IMG/VR virus record: IMGVR_UViG_3300009370_000001
Length of the DNA stretch: 64,000 nucleotides
Strand: one strand, 5' to 3'
Source of the DNA: a virus
Lineage: Duplodnaviria > Caudoviricetes
Below the pieces are notes generated by a model that was given only the letters and a program-made list of their open reading frames with translations, made no database searches and had not been told where the DNA came from. Both the position numbers and the translations under genes were made by a program. Below, piece after piece: positions 29,983-40,259 of this stretch (position 1 is the first letter of the stretch; each line of letters begins with the position of its first letter).

Positions 29983-31644
29983 ATGGATTTGCGCGAGATC
30001 TTAAGAGAAGAATACGAAAAGAATATAAAAGAGCTTATGGATCCCAGTGCACTTTTGAAATTAATTGAAGAAGCAATGGAAACGTCGTTTCAACTGGATG
30101 AAAAAGCCGAAGCTGCAGCCGGCGTTTCCTTTGACCCCCAACAGATGTTGCTTCGAATGATTCCAGATATCGCAGTATCCGAAATTGGGTGGTCGGACGT
30201 GCGCTCTGTAGAGGATGAAGCAGGACACGCCGAAGTAGTATCAGGACCACAGCGTAAGCTGCTGGAAGATTATCTTGCGAATATCGCCGGCGGCAGCTTT
30301 GAAGAGCGGATCGCCTCTATCTCTAGCTTTTATGAGAGAGGATCGGCAGAGTTGCAGGAAGGAACTAATGACCGTATTCAACTTATTACTAATGCAATCT
30401 CTTATTTGGTATTCTACAAAACTCTAACGAAGATTGTTACCAACTTTAATGCCTCCTCTGCTGGCTTCAGCTTCGAATCCTTTTTAGCAACGTTGGTAAG
30501 CGGTGAGCAAGTGCCGGCCAATACCGGCACAATTGCCGATTACATTGACCGGTCAACAGGTAAAGATATTCCCGTGAGCTTAAAGCTCTACAAAGAAGGA
30601 CAATTGGAAGTGGGAGGAAGCTATACCGATCTTGTCAATGACCTTGTTGATCCCACTAAGTGGCCGGGATTCCCAAGCAAGATGCGCTATGTTGTATGCA
30701 CCAAAAACCTTCAAGGCGAAGGTCTAGAGCAACAGGGACAGATTAACGTTTATCAATGGGATTTTACACTCGACAACGTAATGGATATTCTTGCTATCAC
30801 TAAAGACTCATCCAGCAAGAACATTATGCTTCCCCGCCAAGTGGTGTCGGCCCTCTTAGCGGGGCAACAGAGTGGCACAGATGTGGAACTCCCCGAGCGT
30901 TCTCCTGCACCTACCGCTGACGATCTTGGAAGGCTCTTCGTCGATTACCTTATAACTAATTTAGAGGAGATTGAGTATATTGAAAATGCTGCCGAGGTAG
31001 GGAAGGAAATAGGTGATGCTCTCAACTGGGCCCAAGACGATGAACTTTTTAATAAGAATAAAACACGAGGAGTGGGTGGTCTTAATGCAGCTTACGTAAA
31101 AAATTGGGTGACGAAGAATATTACTAATGAAAAAGCCATTCGAGACCAGATCAAAAACGCCATTGTTAATGCGAACGTAGCTGTGGTAGCTTCTCAAAAA
31201 GCTAGTGCTCGGAAAGACGCGCGTAATATGGAAATCCAACGAATGCGAGAAGCAGGTGAGTTTTTAAATCCCGAAGAATCAGCGATTGAATATAAAAAGC
31301 TGGGCCCACGCCAAAAAGCCATGGCGCTCAAGAATTCATATGGAGTATTGCAGACCGGACACTTTGCGCTTAACAACACCCAGTCTTTGATGTCCGAGCA
31401 GCCGGTCAATGCAGAAGCCCTAGGCTCTATTAAGGTGGGTACCAAATATGTAGCCGAAGCGCTCAACCAAGTGCGAGACATTCTTAATGAAGAAGTATAC
31501 GAAATCTTTGAATCATTAAAGATCTTGTCTGACAGCTTAAACTCGTTCTTTGCAAATGGGCTGAAAGATGACACCCTGGCCAAGACCTCCATTGATAATG
31601 CCGAGAACATTCAAACAAAAGAAATCTTACAGCCCGATGAATAA
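29983..31644 (+). CDS. Probable virion protein with a possible nuclease-like motif
   Basis: Start MDLREILREE (ATG 29983); internal AGFSFESFLA...IADY...VSLKLY. Confidence 0.4.
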   Translation: MDLREILREEYEKNIKELMDPSALLKLIEEAMETSFQLDEKAEAAAGVSFDPQQMLLRMIPDIAVSEIGWSDVRSVEDEAGHAEVVSGPQRKLLEDYLANIAGGSFEERIASISSFYERGSAELQEGTNDRIQLITNAISYLVFYKTLTKIVTNFNASSAGFSFESFLATLVSGEQVPANTGTIADYIDRSTGKDIPVSLKLYKEGQLEVGGSYTDLVNDLVDPTKWPGFPSKMRYVVCTKNLQGEGLEQQGQINVYQWDFTLDNVMDILAITKDSSSKNIMLPRQVVSALLAGQQSGTDVELPERSPAPTADDLGRLFVDYLITNLEEIEYIENAAEVGKEIGDALNWAQDDELFNKNKTRGVGGLNAAYVKNWVTKNITNEKAIRDQIKNAIVNANVAVVASQKASARKDARNMEIQRMREAGEFLNPEESAIEYKKLGPRQKAMALKNSYGVLQTGHFALNNTQSLMSEQPVNAEALGSIKVGTKYVAEALNQVRDILNEEVYEIFESLKILSDSLNSFFANGLKDDTLAKTSIDNAENIQTKEILQPDE

Positions 31645-31649
31645 AAAGC

Positions 31650-31678
31650 TTGACATCGCATACGTAGGCGGTTATAAT
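31650..31678 (+). promoter_or_regulatory. Perfect sigma70 consensus promoter for groEL
   Basis: TTGACA-17-TATAAT. Confidence 0.85.
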
Positions 31679-31700
31679 ATAAATAAAGCAGAGGTGCACA

Positions 31701-33275
31701 TTGAGCAGAGCTTATGATAGCCAGCGAGAATTACAACAGAAGATTATGAATGGCGTTAATACGCTAGCAGATAACGTGGCGTCGACGCTGGGGCCGCGCG
31801 GAAGAAATGTCCTTTTACAAGAAAAAGGTCAGATGCCTTTTATTACGAAAGACGGAGTAACAGTGGCTCATTTTGTAGCACTGGACGATCCATTCGAAAA
31901 TGCCGCAGCCCAAGTTATCAAACAGGCTGCAATTCAAACTAACACAGATGCGGGGGATGGTACCACCACAGCTACCGTTCTGGCTCGCGCAATTTTACGA
32001 GAAGCCCAGCGCTATATTGCTACCGGCGTTTCTCCTATCGAACTACAAAGGGGGATTGAAATTGGTGTACGAGAAATTACAGAAAATCTTAGAGAGATGT
32101 CACGGCCAGTGGCCAGCACAGAAGATATTGCACACATTGCTACGATATCAGCCAACAATGATACTACAATTGGAGAGCTTATTGCTCTTGCTGTGGATCG
32201 GGTGGGGCAAGATGGGTCTATTACGATAGAAGAATCTCGCTCTTTGGAAACGTCACTAGATATCACCGAGGGGTTTCGCTTCACGTCGGGTTATTGTGCT
32301 AGCGCATTTGTGACCGACGAACGGCGCGCGATGCTGCAATATGAAGAGCCCTTGATCTTAGTGACTGATCATAAAATATCAGCAGTTGAATCAGTCCTTC
32401 CGTTGCTGGAACTAGTGGCACGGGAGGGTCGACCCCTCGTTATTATAGCTGAAGAAATAGAAGGACAGGCTCTCGCCGCGATGATTATGAACGCCATGCG
32501 CGGCACGCTTAAAATTGCTGCCGTCAAGGCGCCTGATTATGGGGAACAACGACGCAACACTTTGAGCGACTTGGCTCTTTCCATAGGAGCTACCTTTATC
32601 ACCCGAGAAAGCGGCGTAAAACTTCCTGATGTTAAACTCCAACATTTAGGATCGGCTAGTTCCATTGAATGTACTAAATACAATACAACGGTTATTGGAG
32701 GGAATGCTAATTTTGAAGAGGTGGAGGCTCGAATCGAAAGCCTTAAAGAACTAGTTAAGACGACCGAATCACTACAAGAAGCTGAAAGTATTCAGAGTAG
32801 AATAGTAAGACTAGCTTCAGGGGTAGGGGTTATTCGTGTCGGAGGAGCCACAGAGGTTGATATGACTGAAAAGAAACATCGCATTGAAGATGCCTTAGAG
32901 GCGGTGAGATCTGCACAAGAGGAAGGGATTGTGACAGGCGGGGGTACCGCGCTCCTCCGAGCTACCAAAACATTAAACTTTTCAGAACTGGACAATAGCG
33001 ATCAAGCACTTGGCATCGCCATTGTCAAGGAGGCATGCAAAGAGCCGATTCGACAAATGGCTTTAAATGCCGGCGCCTCTGCCGATCTAGTATTAGAACA
33101 GGTAAGCGCCACGGAAGGGAATCAAGGATGGGACTTTCGCCGCGGCGAATTAATAGACTTATATGAAAATGGAGTAATCGATCCCGTGAAGGTCACGCGC
33201 ACTGCGTTGCAAAACGCCGCTAGCTGCGCGGGCACCTTAATCACTACTAATTTCGGGATCATACAAACGGAGTAA
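31701..33275 (+). CDS. groEL: GroEL chaperonin (no GGM tail)
   Basis: TLGPRGRNV, ITKDGVTVA, GDGTTTAT, KHRIEDA, GGGTAL, GVIDPVKV; 524 aa. Confidence 0.97.
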   Translation: MSRAYDSQRELQQKIMNGVNTLADNVASTLGPRGRNVLLQEKGQMPFITKDGVTVAHFVALDDPFENAAAQVIKQAAIQTNTDAGDGTTTATVLARAILREAQRYIATGVSPIELQRGIEIGVREITENLREMSRPVASTEDIAHIATISANNDTTIGELIALAVDRVGQDGSITIEESRSLETSLDITEGFRFTSGYCASAFVTDERRAMLQYEEPLILVTDHKISAVESVLPLLELVAREGRPLVIIAEEIEGQALAAMIMNAMRGTLKIAAVKAPDYGEQRRNTLSDLALSIGATFITRESGVKLPDVKLQHLGSASSIECTKYNTTVIGGNANFEEVEARIESLKELVKTTESLQEAESIQSRIVRLASGVGVIRVGGATEVDMTEKKHRIEDALEAVRSAQEEGIVTGGGTALLRATKTLNFSELDNSDQALGIAIVKEACKEPIRQMALNAGASADLVLEQVSATEGNQGWDFRRGELIDLYENGVIDPVKVTRTALQNAASCAGTLITTNFGIIQTE

Positions 33276-33279
33276 AAAA

Positions 33280-33480
33280 ATGAAAGAAGGCGATTTATGT
33301 TACATACCACAGGCGGTTCAGTTATTTGATCAACAAGACCCGTATGTTATAACAACACAAAAACCAATAGCAGCTATCTACCTGGGGGATAAGCATCCCC
33401 GCCATGCTTTGCTGTGGGTAAAGGGTCGAGAAATGTTAGCGCAGAGTCGACATGTTTATCCCATGGAGGAACGATGTTAA
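33280..33480 (+). CDS. Small SH3/KOW-like protein
   Basis: MKEGDLCYI start; 66 aa. Confidence 0.45.
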   Translation: MKEGDLCYIPQAVQLFDQQDPYVITTQKPIAAIYLGDKHPRHALLWVKGREMLAQSRHVYPMEERC

Positions 33481-33764
33481 TTAAACTCACGGAAGTGTGC
33501 GCCAATGGGGCCGTTACTACGAGCCAGCGTTATACATTGCGAGAAGTATTGGTGAACCCTGAACACGTTATTATGATTCGAGAAGAATCTTCTATGCGTC
33601 AACTGCACGAAGAGGGCTTGGTGCATGCTGGCTTGGACCGTAACCATAGATTTTCTAAACTTACAATTAATCGAGGTCATAACGGGACTGACATCGTAGT
33701 AATTGGAGCCCCAGAGTTTGTAGAAGAACAATTAAAATCTACCAAGCAATTATTAAGAGGATAA
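33474..33764 (+). CDS. Hypothetical protein
   Basis: ATG 33474 with GGAGG; VLVNPEHVIMIRE. Confidence 0.6.
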   Translation: MLIKLTEVCANGAVTTSQRYTLREVLVNPEHVIMIREESSMRQLHEEGLVHAGLDRNHRFSKLTINRGHNGTDIVVIGAPEFVEEQLKSTKQLLRG

Positions 33765-33765
33765 C

Positions 33766-34128
33766 ATGAGAGTTAATATACAATATTCGATTGACACGGA
33801 AGAACTGCCGGAAATAACTGGGACACTGATTAAAAAGGCAATTGAGTCTATAGATATGGACTCTCTAGAGAAATTAAGCCAGCCCTATGAATTGTTAAGT
33901 TTAGAAACTGCCGAAACTATTGATGCTTTGCGTCAAGCGTTGGCCACTACTGATGCTTTATTACAGGATGCTCACAATATTATTATGGGATGGGTAAGAT
34001 ATAAGAGTACCCCTCCCGTTGCCGAGAATGACGCCCCTTCGGTCATCGCACCAGAAGAACTACAGGCCAAATTAGCCGCTTTTAAAACATCTTTAGATGC
34101 ACAGCAGGCCAATGAAGCCGCTGATTAG
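33766..34128 (+). CDS. Hypothetical protein
   Basis: 120 aa, RBS GAGG, operonic. Confidence 0.6.
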   Translation: MRVNIQYSIDTEELPEITGTLIKKAIESIDMDSLEKLSQPYELLSLETAETIDALRQALATTDALLQDAHNIIMGWVRYKSTPPVAENDAPSVIAPEELQAKLAAFKTSLDAQQANEAAD

Positions 34129-34876
34129 ATATAAAAATGGCAATTTTAAGTGCATCTCAGTAATTAAGGATTTAATCCCGCCGGGGAGCATTGTTCACTC
34201 CCATTTGTTATACAATGGGCAGATTGAGCTAGCGCTAGCCAGCGAGATGCGTTTTGTATGCGCACATACTACCCAATACGTTGTATATGAATTTTGGAAA
34301 TGCGCGATGGACAACCCACAGCGTATGCACGACATTATTACCGCCGGCACACTTAAATTTGATAATGAAAATATGCTGGCGCTGCTTCAGGAGTCGTGGA
34401 CTTCTTTTGCCGATCCTTATGTGCGCGCCAGCTTATTTTTTATACTAAGTAAATGCACTGATGAAGGATTGATCTCTTCGGGGAAACTAACAAACCGGCG
34501 ACTTAGCCCGCTGAGTCTTGCACATTTAAAAAAATTTCGTCCTACTAATTTTCACGTCTCTTTGGATTCTTCTTCCGGGCCTTTCGACAAGATACCGCCT
34601 GTTGAGGATACAGATTATCTCTTATGTCCGGTGGGACAATTTAATTATAATATGCTCGACGAGGCAAAAAGCTTGGGCCCCGAGACCACGTTAGTCAAGC
34701 ATGTACAATTGGCAGAATACTTACAAACTTTAGACCAGCGCTGGGTTGTGGTCTATAAATATCACCCTAGCCTTCTTGAGTTATACAAAGGCTCTCACAT
34801 TATTCAGTGTGATCATTATGGAGAAAAAACAATGAGGCAAAAGAAGACAGCAGAGGTGATCTTTGCCAACTTTTAA
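34112..34876 (+). CDS. Dam-fold protein with degenerate catalytic motifs
   Basis: Colinear with the Dam at 9792 (MKPLIRYKNG vs MKTPLRYPGG; YEFWKC vs VWFWEE; HVQLAEYL...WVVVY vs HIRLYQAL...FIMSY) but lacks FxGxG and DPPY. Confidence 0.6.
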   Translation: MKPLIRYKNGNFKCISVIKDLIPPGSIVHSHLLYNGQIELALASEMRFVCAHTTQYVVYEFWKCAMDNPQRMHDIITAGTLKFDNENMLALLQESWTSFADPYVRASLFFILSKCTDEGLISSGKLTNRRLSPLSLAHLKKFRPTNFHVSLDSSSGPFDKIPPVEDTDYLLCPVGQFNYNMLDEAKSLGPETTLVKHVQLAEYLQTLDQRWVVVYKYHPSLLELYKGSHIIQCDHYGEKTMRQKKTAEVIFANF

Positions 34877-35213
34877 TATAATGGCAGGCATAGGACTCTT
34901 CATCCTGGGACATATTTTTGCGTGGTTTCAGCTTAACTCTCAATTTGTGTGGGAGTGGTGGCGCGACAAGCCCTTAGTAGCTGTAGGGATTTATTCAATG
35001 CCCGTGGGAACGTGCTTTTGGTATGCAACCAAATTAATTGTGGACGAAACAGGGGCCGCATGGTCGTCGCGATTTCTGGGCTTTGCTGCATCTTACTTTG
35101 TGTTTCCATTATTAACCTATGCGCTCTTAAACGAAAGCATGTTCACACCGAAGACATTAACGTGTATCTTCTTGTCATGCCTAATTATAGCAGTCCAACT
35201 CTTTTGGAAGTAA
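34863..35213 (+). CDS. Small four-TM membrane protein (DMT/EamA-like)
   Basis: Four hydrophobic segments in ~110 aa. Confidence 0.55.
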   Translation: MPTFNIMAGIGLFILGHIFAWFQLNSQFVWEWWRDKPLVAVGIYSMPVGTCFWYATKLIVDETGAAWSSRFLGFAASYFVFPLLTYALLNESMFTPKTLTCIFLSCLIIAVQLFWK

Positions 35214-35255
35214 TGTAAAATAACCAACTATTTATAATGTTGAGGTAAAAATTAT

Positions 35256-38200
35256 ATGAGTTACGCAACCGATAAATGGTTCAACTATCTACGCAACGAC
35301 GTATTAACAGAGGGCGTGCGGGACATCGGACTTCCCGAAGTGGTCATCGACCGCATCGAAAGCACCCTCCCAGACGTATCCGAGAAAACTAAAACTTGGA
35401 TGGGACACCAGTGGAAGGACACGTCCGCCAACAACTTAAATCACTTCACAGGAATGGTACGCTTAACAAATCGAGAAGGCGTTGACCCCGAGGGGCGCGC
35501 CGTATCGGACTTCATGGTTCGTCTCCTTAACATCCTTACGGACTATTCTAGTAAGGGTGAACCAGGGTGGAAAGAACTTTCCCCTGAAGAGGCCGAGGAG
35601 AACGCCAAGAAGGTACGTTATGTGCTGACCAACCTAGCAGGGCCCGAAGGGATCGTTGCTAAAAAGCCTTTCGGCGCATGGAAGCGAGGCTTTGATAAAG
35701 CACTTAAAAATCTCAGCAAGTTAGGGGTTCATAGCGAAATAGTAGGAAAGGTTAAAACGCAATTGTATGCGCTCTTTACTCAAACCTTTGAGATGTTCTA
35801 TCGTCAATATAGCGACGTGTTCCAACTGCTTAATCTGGATCCCACCAACTTTGAATACATCAAGAGTGATACTATAGACGAAGCCGGTCGTACTGCTATA
35901 GAATACCTTGAACAGCGCGAAGATCCCGACCAAATCCTTCACACGTTTGACGACGGCTCTTATTGGTATGATCTTCAAACCTCTAACTGCTCTATAGAAG
36001 CGGAGCGCATGGCTCACTGTGGAGACGCAGACTATAATAATACGATGATTTCTCTTCGTAAGAAAGGGAAAAGACAAAAGCATTCTAAGTCTTATGTGAC
36101 CGTAGAATACGGAAACCATAGCGACACTATCTATCAGATTAAAGGACGTGCGAACTCTGTGCCCCCTGAAGAAACATGGCCCCACATCGCATGGCTGGTG
36201 GACAATCTCGGCGTGGACAGCATCGCAGAAAGCGGCGAGCATTCCAGCGAATACTTTGACGAATTGCTGGATTATCTGCGCAGCCACACTAATGCCACAA
36301 TCGACGGCGGCTTTGAAGCCCGTCAGGAAGCAATGCAAGAAGAATTAGATGAGATTCTCCGCGCTCATGACGGCAATGAAGGTTATGACGTCTGGGCCGA
36401 GGTCTACGATGAAGACATCGGAGAGGGCCAAGTTTATTATTCGGGCGGCGGTAGCATGTCCCTCCAGATTAATCTCGGTTGGCCCGCGATGAAAAGCGTC
36501 GAGGGCGAATACGTGCCGATGGATCTGGAAGGAAACGAACTTTCAGATATTGAGCGCATCCCCACCGATAATAATTGGACCGCCGCCAATGACTTTCTTG
36601 CTGAAGCCGGCATTAAAGACTGGGGCTATGAATTGCCCGGAGAAGAAGAAGAATTTGAATACCGGGTAGAAATGTTAGAGGGGCACGATCCTGCTTGGGA
36701 GATGGGTGATGATGACCCCCCGCGCACCGCACACATCACCATTGAAGTGCAGACGCGCCAGGAAACTTCTGACGACGCTAGCGCTTTCGATTACTTTGCT
36801 AGCGAAATGGAAGGCCATGCTGAAGAGATTAGCGCGACCCAACAGAAGCTACGCACTAAAATGGTGGAAGAAGGTTTCGCCGTCAAGAATGCTTTTGATG
36901 CAGGACGCACCGAGATCGGAGAGCTTGAAGGAGAGCTACAGAACTGGCAGGTTTATAATGAAGGCGGGGAAATTGAATTCTGGTTTAACCCAGAGGTTAA
37001 TGATGAGGGTGGGCGCTATACAATTATCCCCTCCGGTGTCGAGTTTCCCGTTGAGGTATTCTACTACACCGACCCGAGCTTCCGCGACGTGCGAAAGCAA
37101 TTTCAATATGTATGGCCGCATGCCCGAGGATCGCACGCAGGAATGGGGAAAGTAAACTTTAGCGGCGATAAGCTCAACCAAATGATGGCGCAACAGCTTG
37201 GTGCCCAAGATGCTATGGGACAACGTGCGCAACAAAAAGGACAAACTCAATTAGATTTTGGCCCTGAATACGCATGGCAACCGACACCGTTAGAACTTGC
37301 TCGCGACATGGAGTTTATAGTTATTCCGCAGGTTAATTATTTCAGCGACAGCCAGGGCATTAGCGACGTTACCATTTCCTATCGCCTCACCCTTCGCGTC
37401 GATCCTAACGACAACGCAGAAGAGATCGGCAAAACAATAAACATGGTCAAGTATCTGAACAAAAACCCCGAGCAGGTTCAAGAGGCAGCCCACGAAATTA
37501 TCCAGTTTTCGGTTGAGCCTACCCTTGAAAAGGCCGAGACGATGAAGAAAGATATGTTGGATGGCTCGCTAGCCACGACTCTGATAAGAGCCATTAATAG
37601 GCGATATGGGCAACAGGCCCACGATGGCAACAACGAAGCAGAGAAGGTGACACTGCTGGCAAGCTGGGCCCAGAAAAACTGGGGCGACATGACCGCCGTC
37701 GAGAGAACCGCTGTCATTAATACCTATCTTTATCCTGCTAGCCAAGGAGCTTTGAACCTTCACATTCTGGACCTTACAGATATGGACAATCTTTCTCATA
37801 TCGATCAGCTTGGCATGCCTGCCGGTTGGGAAAGCGACGTAAGGGAAGAGTTGCGATATCGCGGCGCGGGCCAAATGGTGCGCAACAACTATAAGTGGGC
37901 CGGAGGCGCCATGGCACAAGATGTGGAAATCAACGAGCCCGAAGATCTGTCGGAAGAGTTGGCCCCTTGGATTGAAACCCCGGAGAGGTATGAAGAGAAT
38001 CAACTTGGTCGAGTAGAAAAGTTACTAGAGAAATTGCGAGATCCTACCCACGATTTGCGCATCTATAATGTACGCGTCGGTTGCAACTTGATTGACCGCG
38101 TTGGTGGAACAGATGCCGAAATTGCCGCTGAAATCCGGGGGATTGATGGGGTCACGACAGTGCGACCTATTGCCGACAGCAAGCGTGAGATCACACCAAC

Positions 38201-38885
38201 AGAAACGTATGTGTTGTTCGACATTAAGTTTGAACTGGTGGGAAGCCAGAGTCGCGTTGAATATAGAGAAGCGATTTTGATTCCGCAGATGCGCCTTATT
38301 GATGGTATAAAAATTATTAACTGGAGCGCTATTCACAAGACCAACATTCAAGGAACGGTGCGCACGGTACGAGAGGCAGCACAGAACCTCTCCGAATATG
38401 GATTTGGCGCTAATACAGGCGCTAGTTTTGGAGGCGTAGCTAAAAATTTGGGTAGCGTTCGCTTCAACCCTTCGGCGGCGCGCCCCACTCCGACGCCTAC
38501 CTTGGATGTTATTGTGCAGGATTGGGCGGAAGGAGGAGTACAGGCATATGACTTTCCTACCAACACTAATGATATGCGTTATCATACTATGATGCCTGTA
38601 TCAGAACTCTGGCATCATCGTTCCGGCTATAGTCGCCACCCCAAGGATATTTTTGATGTGAAATATGGTCATTTTAATGCGGTATATCAGCGCTTAAAGG
38701 ATCAATTAGAAGATCCCAAAGCCTACCACGAGTTTATAAAAGATGGGGCCCATGGACCAGTTTATGTGGCTATTGGAAAGAATGGGAGAGTAAAGATAAC
38801 TGGAAATGAGGATCTAGTGTGGTTCGCTAAAAAAGCGGGTCTTGAAGAGCTACCAGTTTTTCTTAGTTATCAACGACAAGTGTAG
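35256..38885 (+). CDS. Large multidomain probable virion protein (PcfJ-like and ParB-like segments)
   Basis: 1209 aa; EAERMAHCG...ISLRK...TVEY...IYQIKGRAN (PcfJ-like); C-terminal GPVYVAIGKNGRVKITGNED...AKKAGLEELPV (ParB-like). Confidence 0.45.
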   Translation: MSYATDKWFNYLRNDVLTEGVRDIGLPEVVIDRIESTLPDVSEKTKTWMGHQWKDTSANNLNHFTGMVRLTNREGVDPEGRAVSDFMVRLLNILTDYSSKGEPGWKELSPEEAEENAKKVRYVLTNLAGPEGIVAKKPFGAWKRGFDKALKNLSKLGVHSEIVGKVKTQLYALFTQTFEMFYRQYSDVFQLLNLDPTNFEYIKSDTIDEAGRTAIEYLEQREDPDQILHTFDDGSYWYDLQTSNCSIEAERMAHCGDADYNNTMISLRKKGKRQKHSKSYVTVEYGNHSDTIYQIKGRANSVPPEETWPHIAWLVDNLGVDSIAESGEHSSEYFDELLDYLRSHTNATIDGGFEARQEAMQEELDEILRAHDGNEGYDVWAEVYDEDIGEGQVYYSGGGSMSLQINLGWPAMKSVEGEYVPMDLEGNELSDIERIPTDNNWTAANDFLAEAGIKDWGYELPGEEEEFEYRVEMLEGHDPAWEMGDDDPPRTAHITIEVQTRQETSDDASAFDYFASEMEGHAEEISATQQKLRTKMVEEGFAVKNAFDAGRTEIGELEGELQNWQVYNEGGEIEFWFNPEVNDEGGRYTIIPSGVEFPVEVFYYTDPSFRDVRKQFQYVWPHARGSHAGMGKVNFSGDKLNQMMAQQLGAQDAMGQRAQQKGQTQLDFGPEYAWQPTPLELARDMEFIVIPQVNYFSDSQGISDVTISYRLTLRVDPNDNAEEIGKTINMVKYLNKNPEQVQEAAHEIIQFSVEPTLEKAETMKKDMLDGSLATTLIRAINRRYGQQAHDGNNEAEKVTLLASWAQKNWGDMTAVERTAVINTYLYPASQGALNLHILDLTDMDNLSHIDQLGMPAGWESDVREELRYRGAGQMVRNNYKWAGGAMAQDVEINEPEDLSEELAPWIETPERYEENQLGRVEKLLEKLRDPTHDLRIYNVRVGCNLIDRVGGTDAEIAAEIRGIDGVTTVRPIADSKREITPTETYVLFDIKFELVGSQSRVEYREAILIPQMRLIDGIKIINWSAIHKTNIQGTVRTVREAAQNLSEYGFGANTGASFGGVAKNLGSVRFNPSAARPTPTPTLDVIVQDWAEGGVQAYDFPTNTNDMRYHTMMPVSELWHHRSGYSRHPKDIFDVKYGHFNAVYQRLKDQLEDPKAYHEFIKDGAHGPVYVAIGKNGRVKITGNEDLVWFAKKAGLEELPVFLSYQRQV

Positions 38886-38894
38886 GTCTTATTT

Positions 38895-39674
38895 ATGGTG
38901 CGTAAAATATTACGACAAACAACAAAATTGATTCTTATAGCAGCCCTCACCATAGCTGCGATTATAGGAGCTTACACTAGCGCAACGAAATCTGTACAGT
39001 TTCCTACAGAAGAAGAAATTACCAGCCTCACCAATGTAGGCCGCTCACTTTCGGCGGGGGAATCGCTAGCGGTCGTTCGTTCTCGTCAAAGTGCAGTGCA
39101 GGTGATGTCATTAGATTTAAATGACGGTGGCATTTCCGCTTCTAGCGGAACTTATGTTAAATATAAAGGAAAATACTTTGTTCTTACCACTTCCCACGGG
39201 GTAGGGGAAGCGTGCCCGCTTACCCAAATCATAGCAGACGATGTATTGTATGACTGTGTTGCGTATGCTTTGCGCGATCCTCAAACTGACTATATTATTA
39301 TTCAGATAAATAAGATACCAGGACGTCTCCCGGTAGAGTTACCTGTCCATGCTCCCCATTCTCACGAATGGCAACGAGATATATCCACTCAAACTACCAC
39401 TTTCTATACTGGATATCCCAACGAAGGTGGCCCTTATACTTTTGATGGAAAGATTGTAGGCTACAAGGAAGGAGAAGCGCTCTTTGTAGATTCTTATGGA
39501 TGGAGTGGATCTTCGGGATCAGGAGTTTTTTCGGACAATGGAAAGCTCATCGGATACGTTATGGCGTTGGAAGTGGGAGAGACTTATTTCGGAAGACAAG
39601 TTTTAGAGAACTTTATCTGGGTTGTTCCACTATTTAAAGTAGATTGGATAGCAGCCGGAGCATTTGCGGATTAA
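38895..39674 (+). CDS. Trypsin-like serine protease with N-terminal TM/signal
   Basis: VLTTSHGV (His), DYII (Asp), GWSGSSGSGVF (Ser). Confidence 0.8.
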   Translation: MVRKILRQTTKLILIAALTIAAIIGAYTSATKSVQFPTEEEITSLTNVGRSLSAGESLAVVRSRQSAVQVMSLDLNDGGISASSGTYVKYKGKYFVLTTSHGVGEACPLTQIIADDVLYDCVAYALRDPQTDYIIIQINKIPGRLPVELPVHAPHSHEWQRDISTQTTTFYTGYPNEGGPYTFDGKIVGYKEGEALFVDSYGWSGSSGSGVFSDNGKLIGYVMALEVGETYFGRQVLENFIWVVPLFKVDWIAAGAFAD

Positions 39675-39908
39675 ACTTATGACAAAAAAACGACAAGAGT
39701 GCTATTTAGGGATTTTTAACAAGATCGATTGTATTGAAGATCGTATTATAGAAATTAAAGAACAATTAGCTAATTTAAAAGAGGGTTTTTTAGGCTCTGA
39801 CAACGCAGAGATATGTGTTGACGAAATAGAAGCAGAAAAAGCATTGCTTGAGATTATGAATGAAACAGCTATTGGCGCACTTCTCGATACAGACCCCCAG
39901 GGGGACGC

Positions 39909-40259
39909 TTGATGCACGAAGACGACAATGAACTTGTCGAATTAGCAACAGAGCCTGAAGATCTTAAGCCAAAAAAACCGAGCAACAGAGCGCCGGAAGG
40001 CATCAGGACTTTTACTGTTTGCCGACAACACGATGAAAGCGGAGTATCAGGTGAAGGTGTCGTCATTGAAGGCGCGACGTTTGCTACAGGCCACACGGTT
40101 ATCCACTGGCTCACCCCCGCACCGCGCGGCAGCATTGCTTTCTTTGATGCTTTCGATGATTTCATTAAGATTCATGTCACTTCTCATCCTGGCAACGGCA
40201 CTATTATTACGTTTGAAGACGGAGAACAGACTATTTATGACGGAGATAAGGACGAATGA
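39909..40259 (+). CDS. Conserved phage hypothetical protein
   Basis: RTFTVCRQHDESGVSGEGVVIEGATF motif. Confidence 0.55.
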   Translation: MMHEDDNELVELATEPEDLKPKKPSNRAPEGIRTFTVCRQHDESGVSGEGVVIEGATFATGHTVIHWLTPAPRGSIAFFDAFDDFIKIHVTSHPGNGTIITFEDGEQTIYDGDKDE

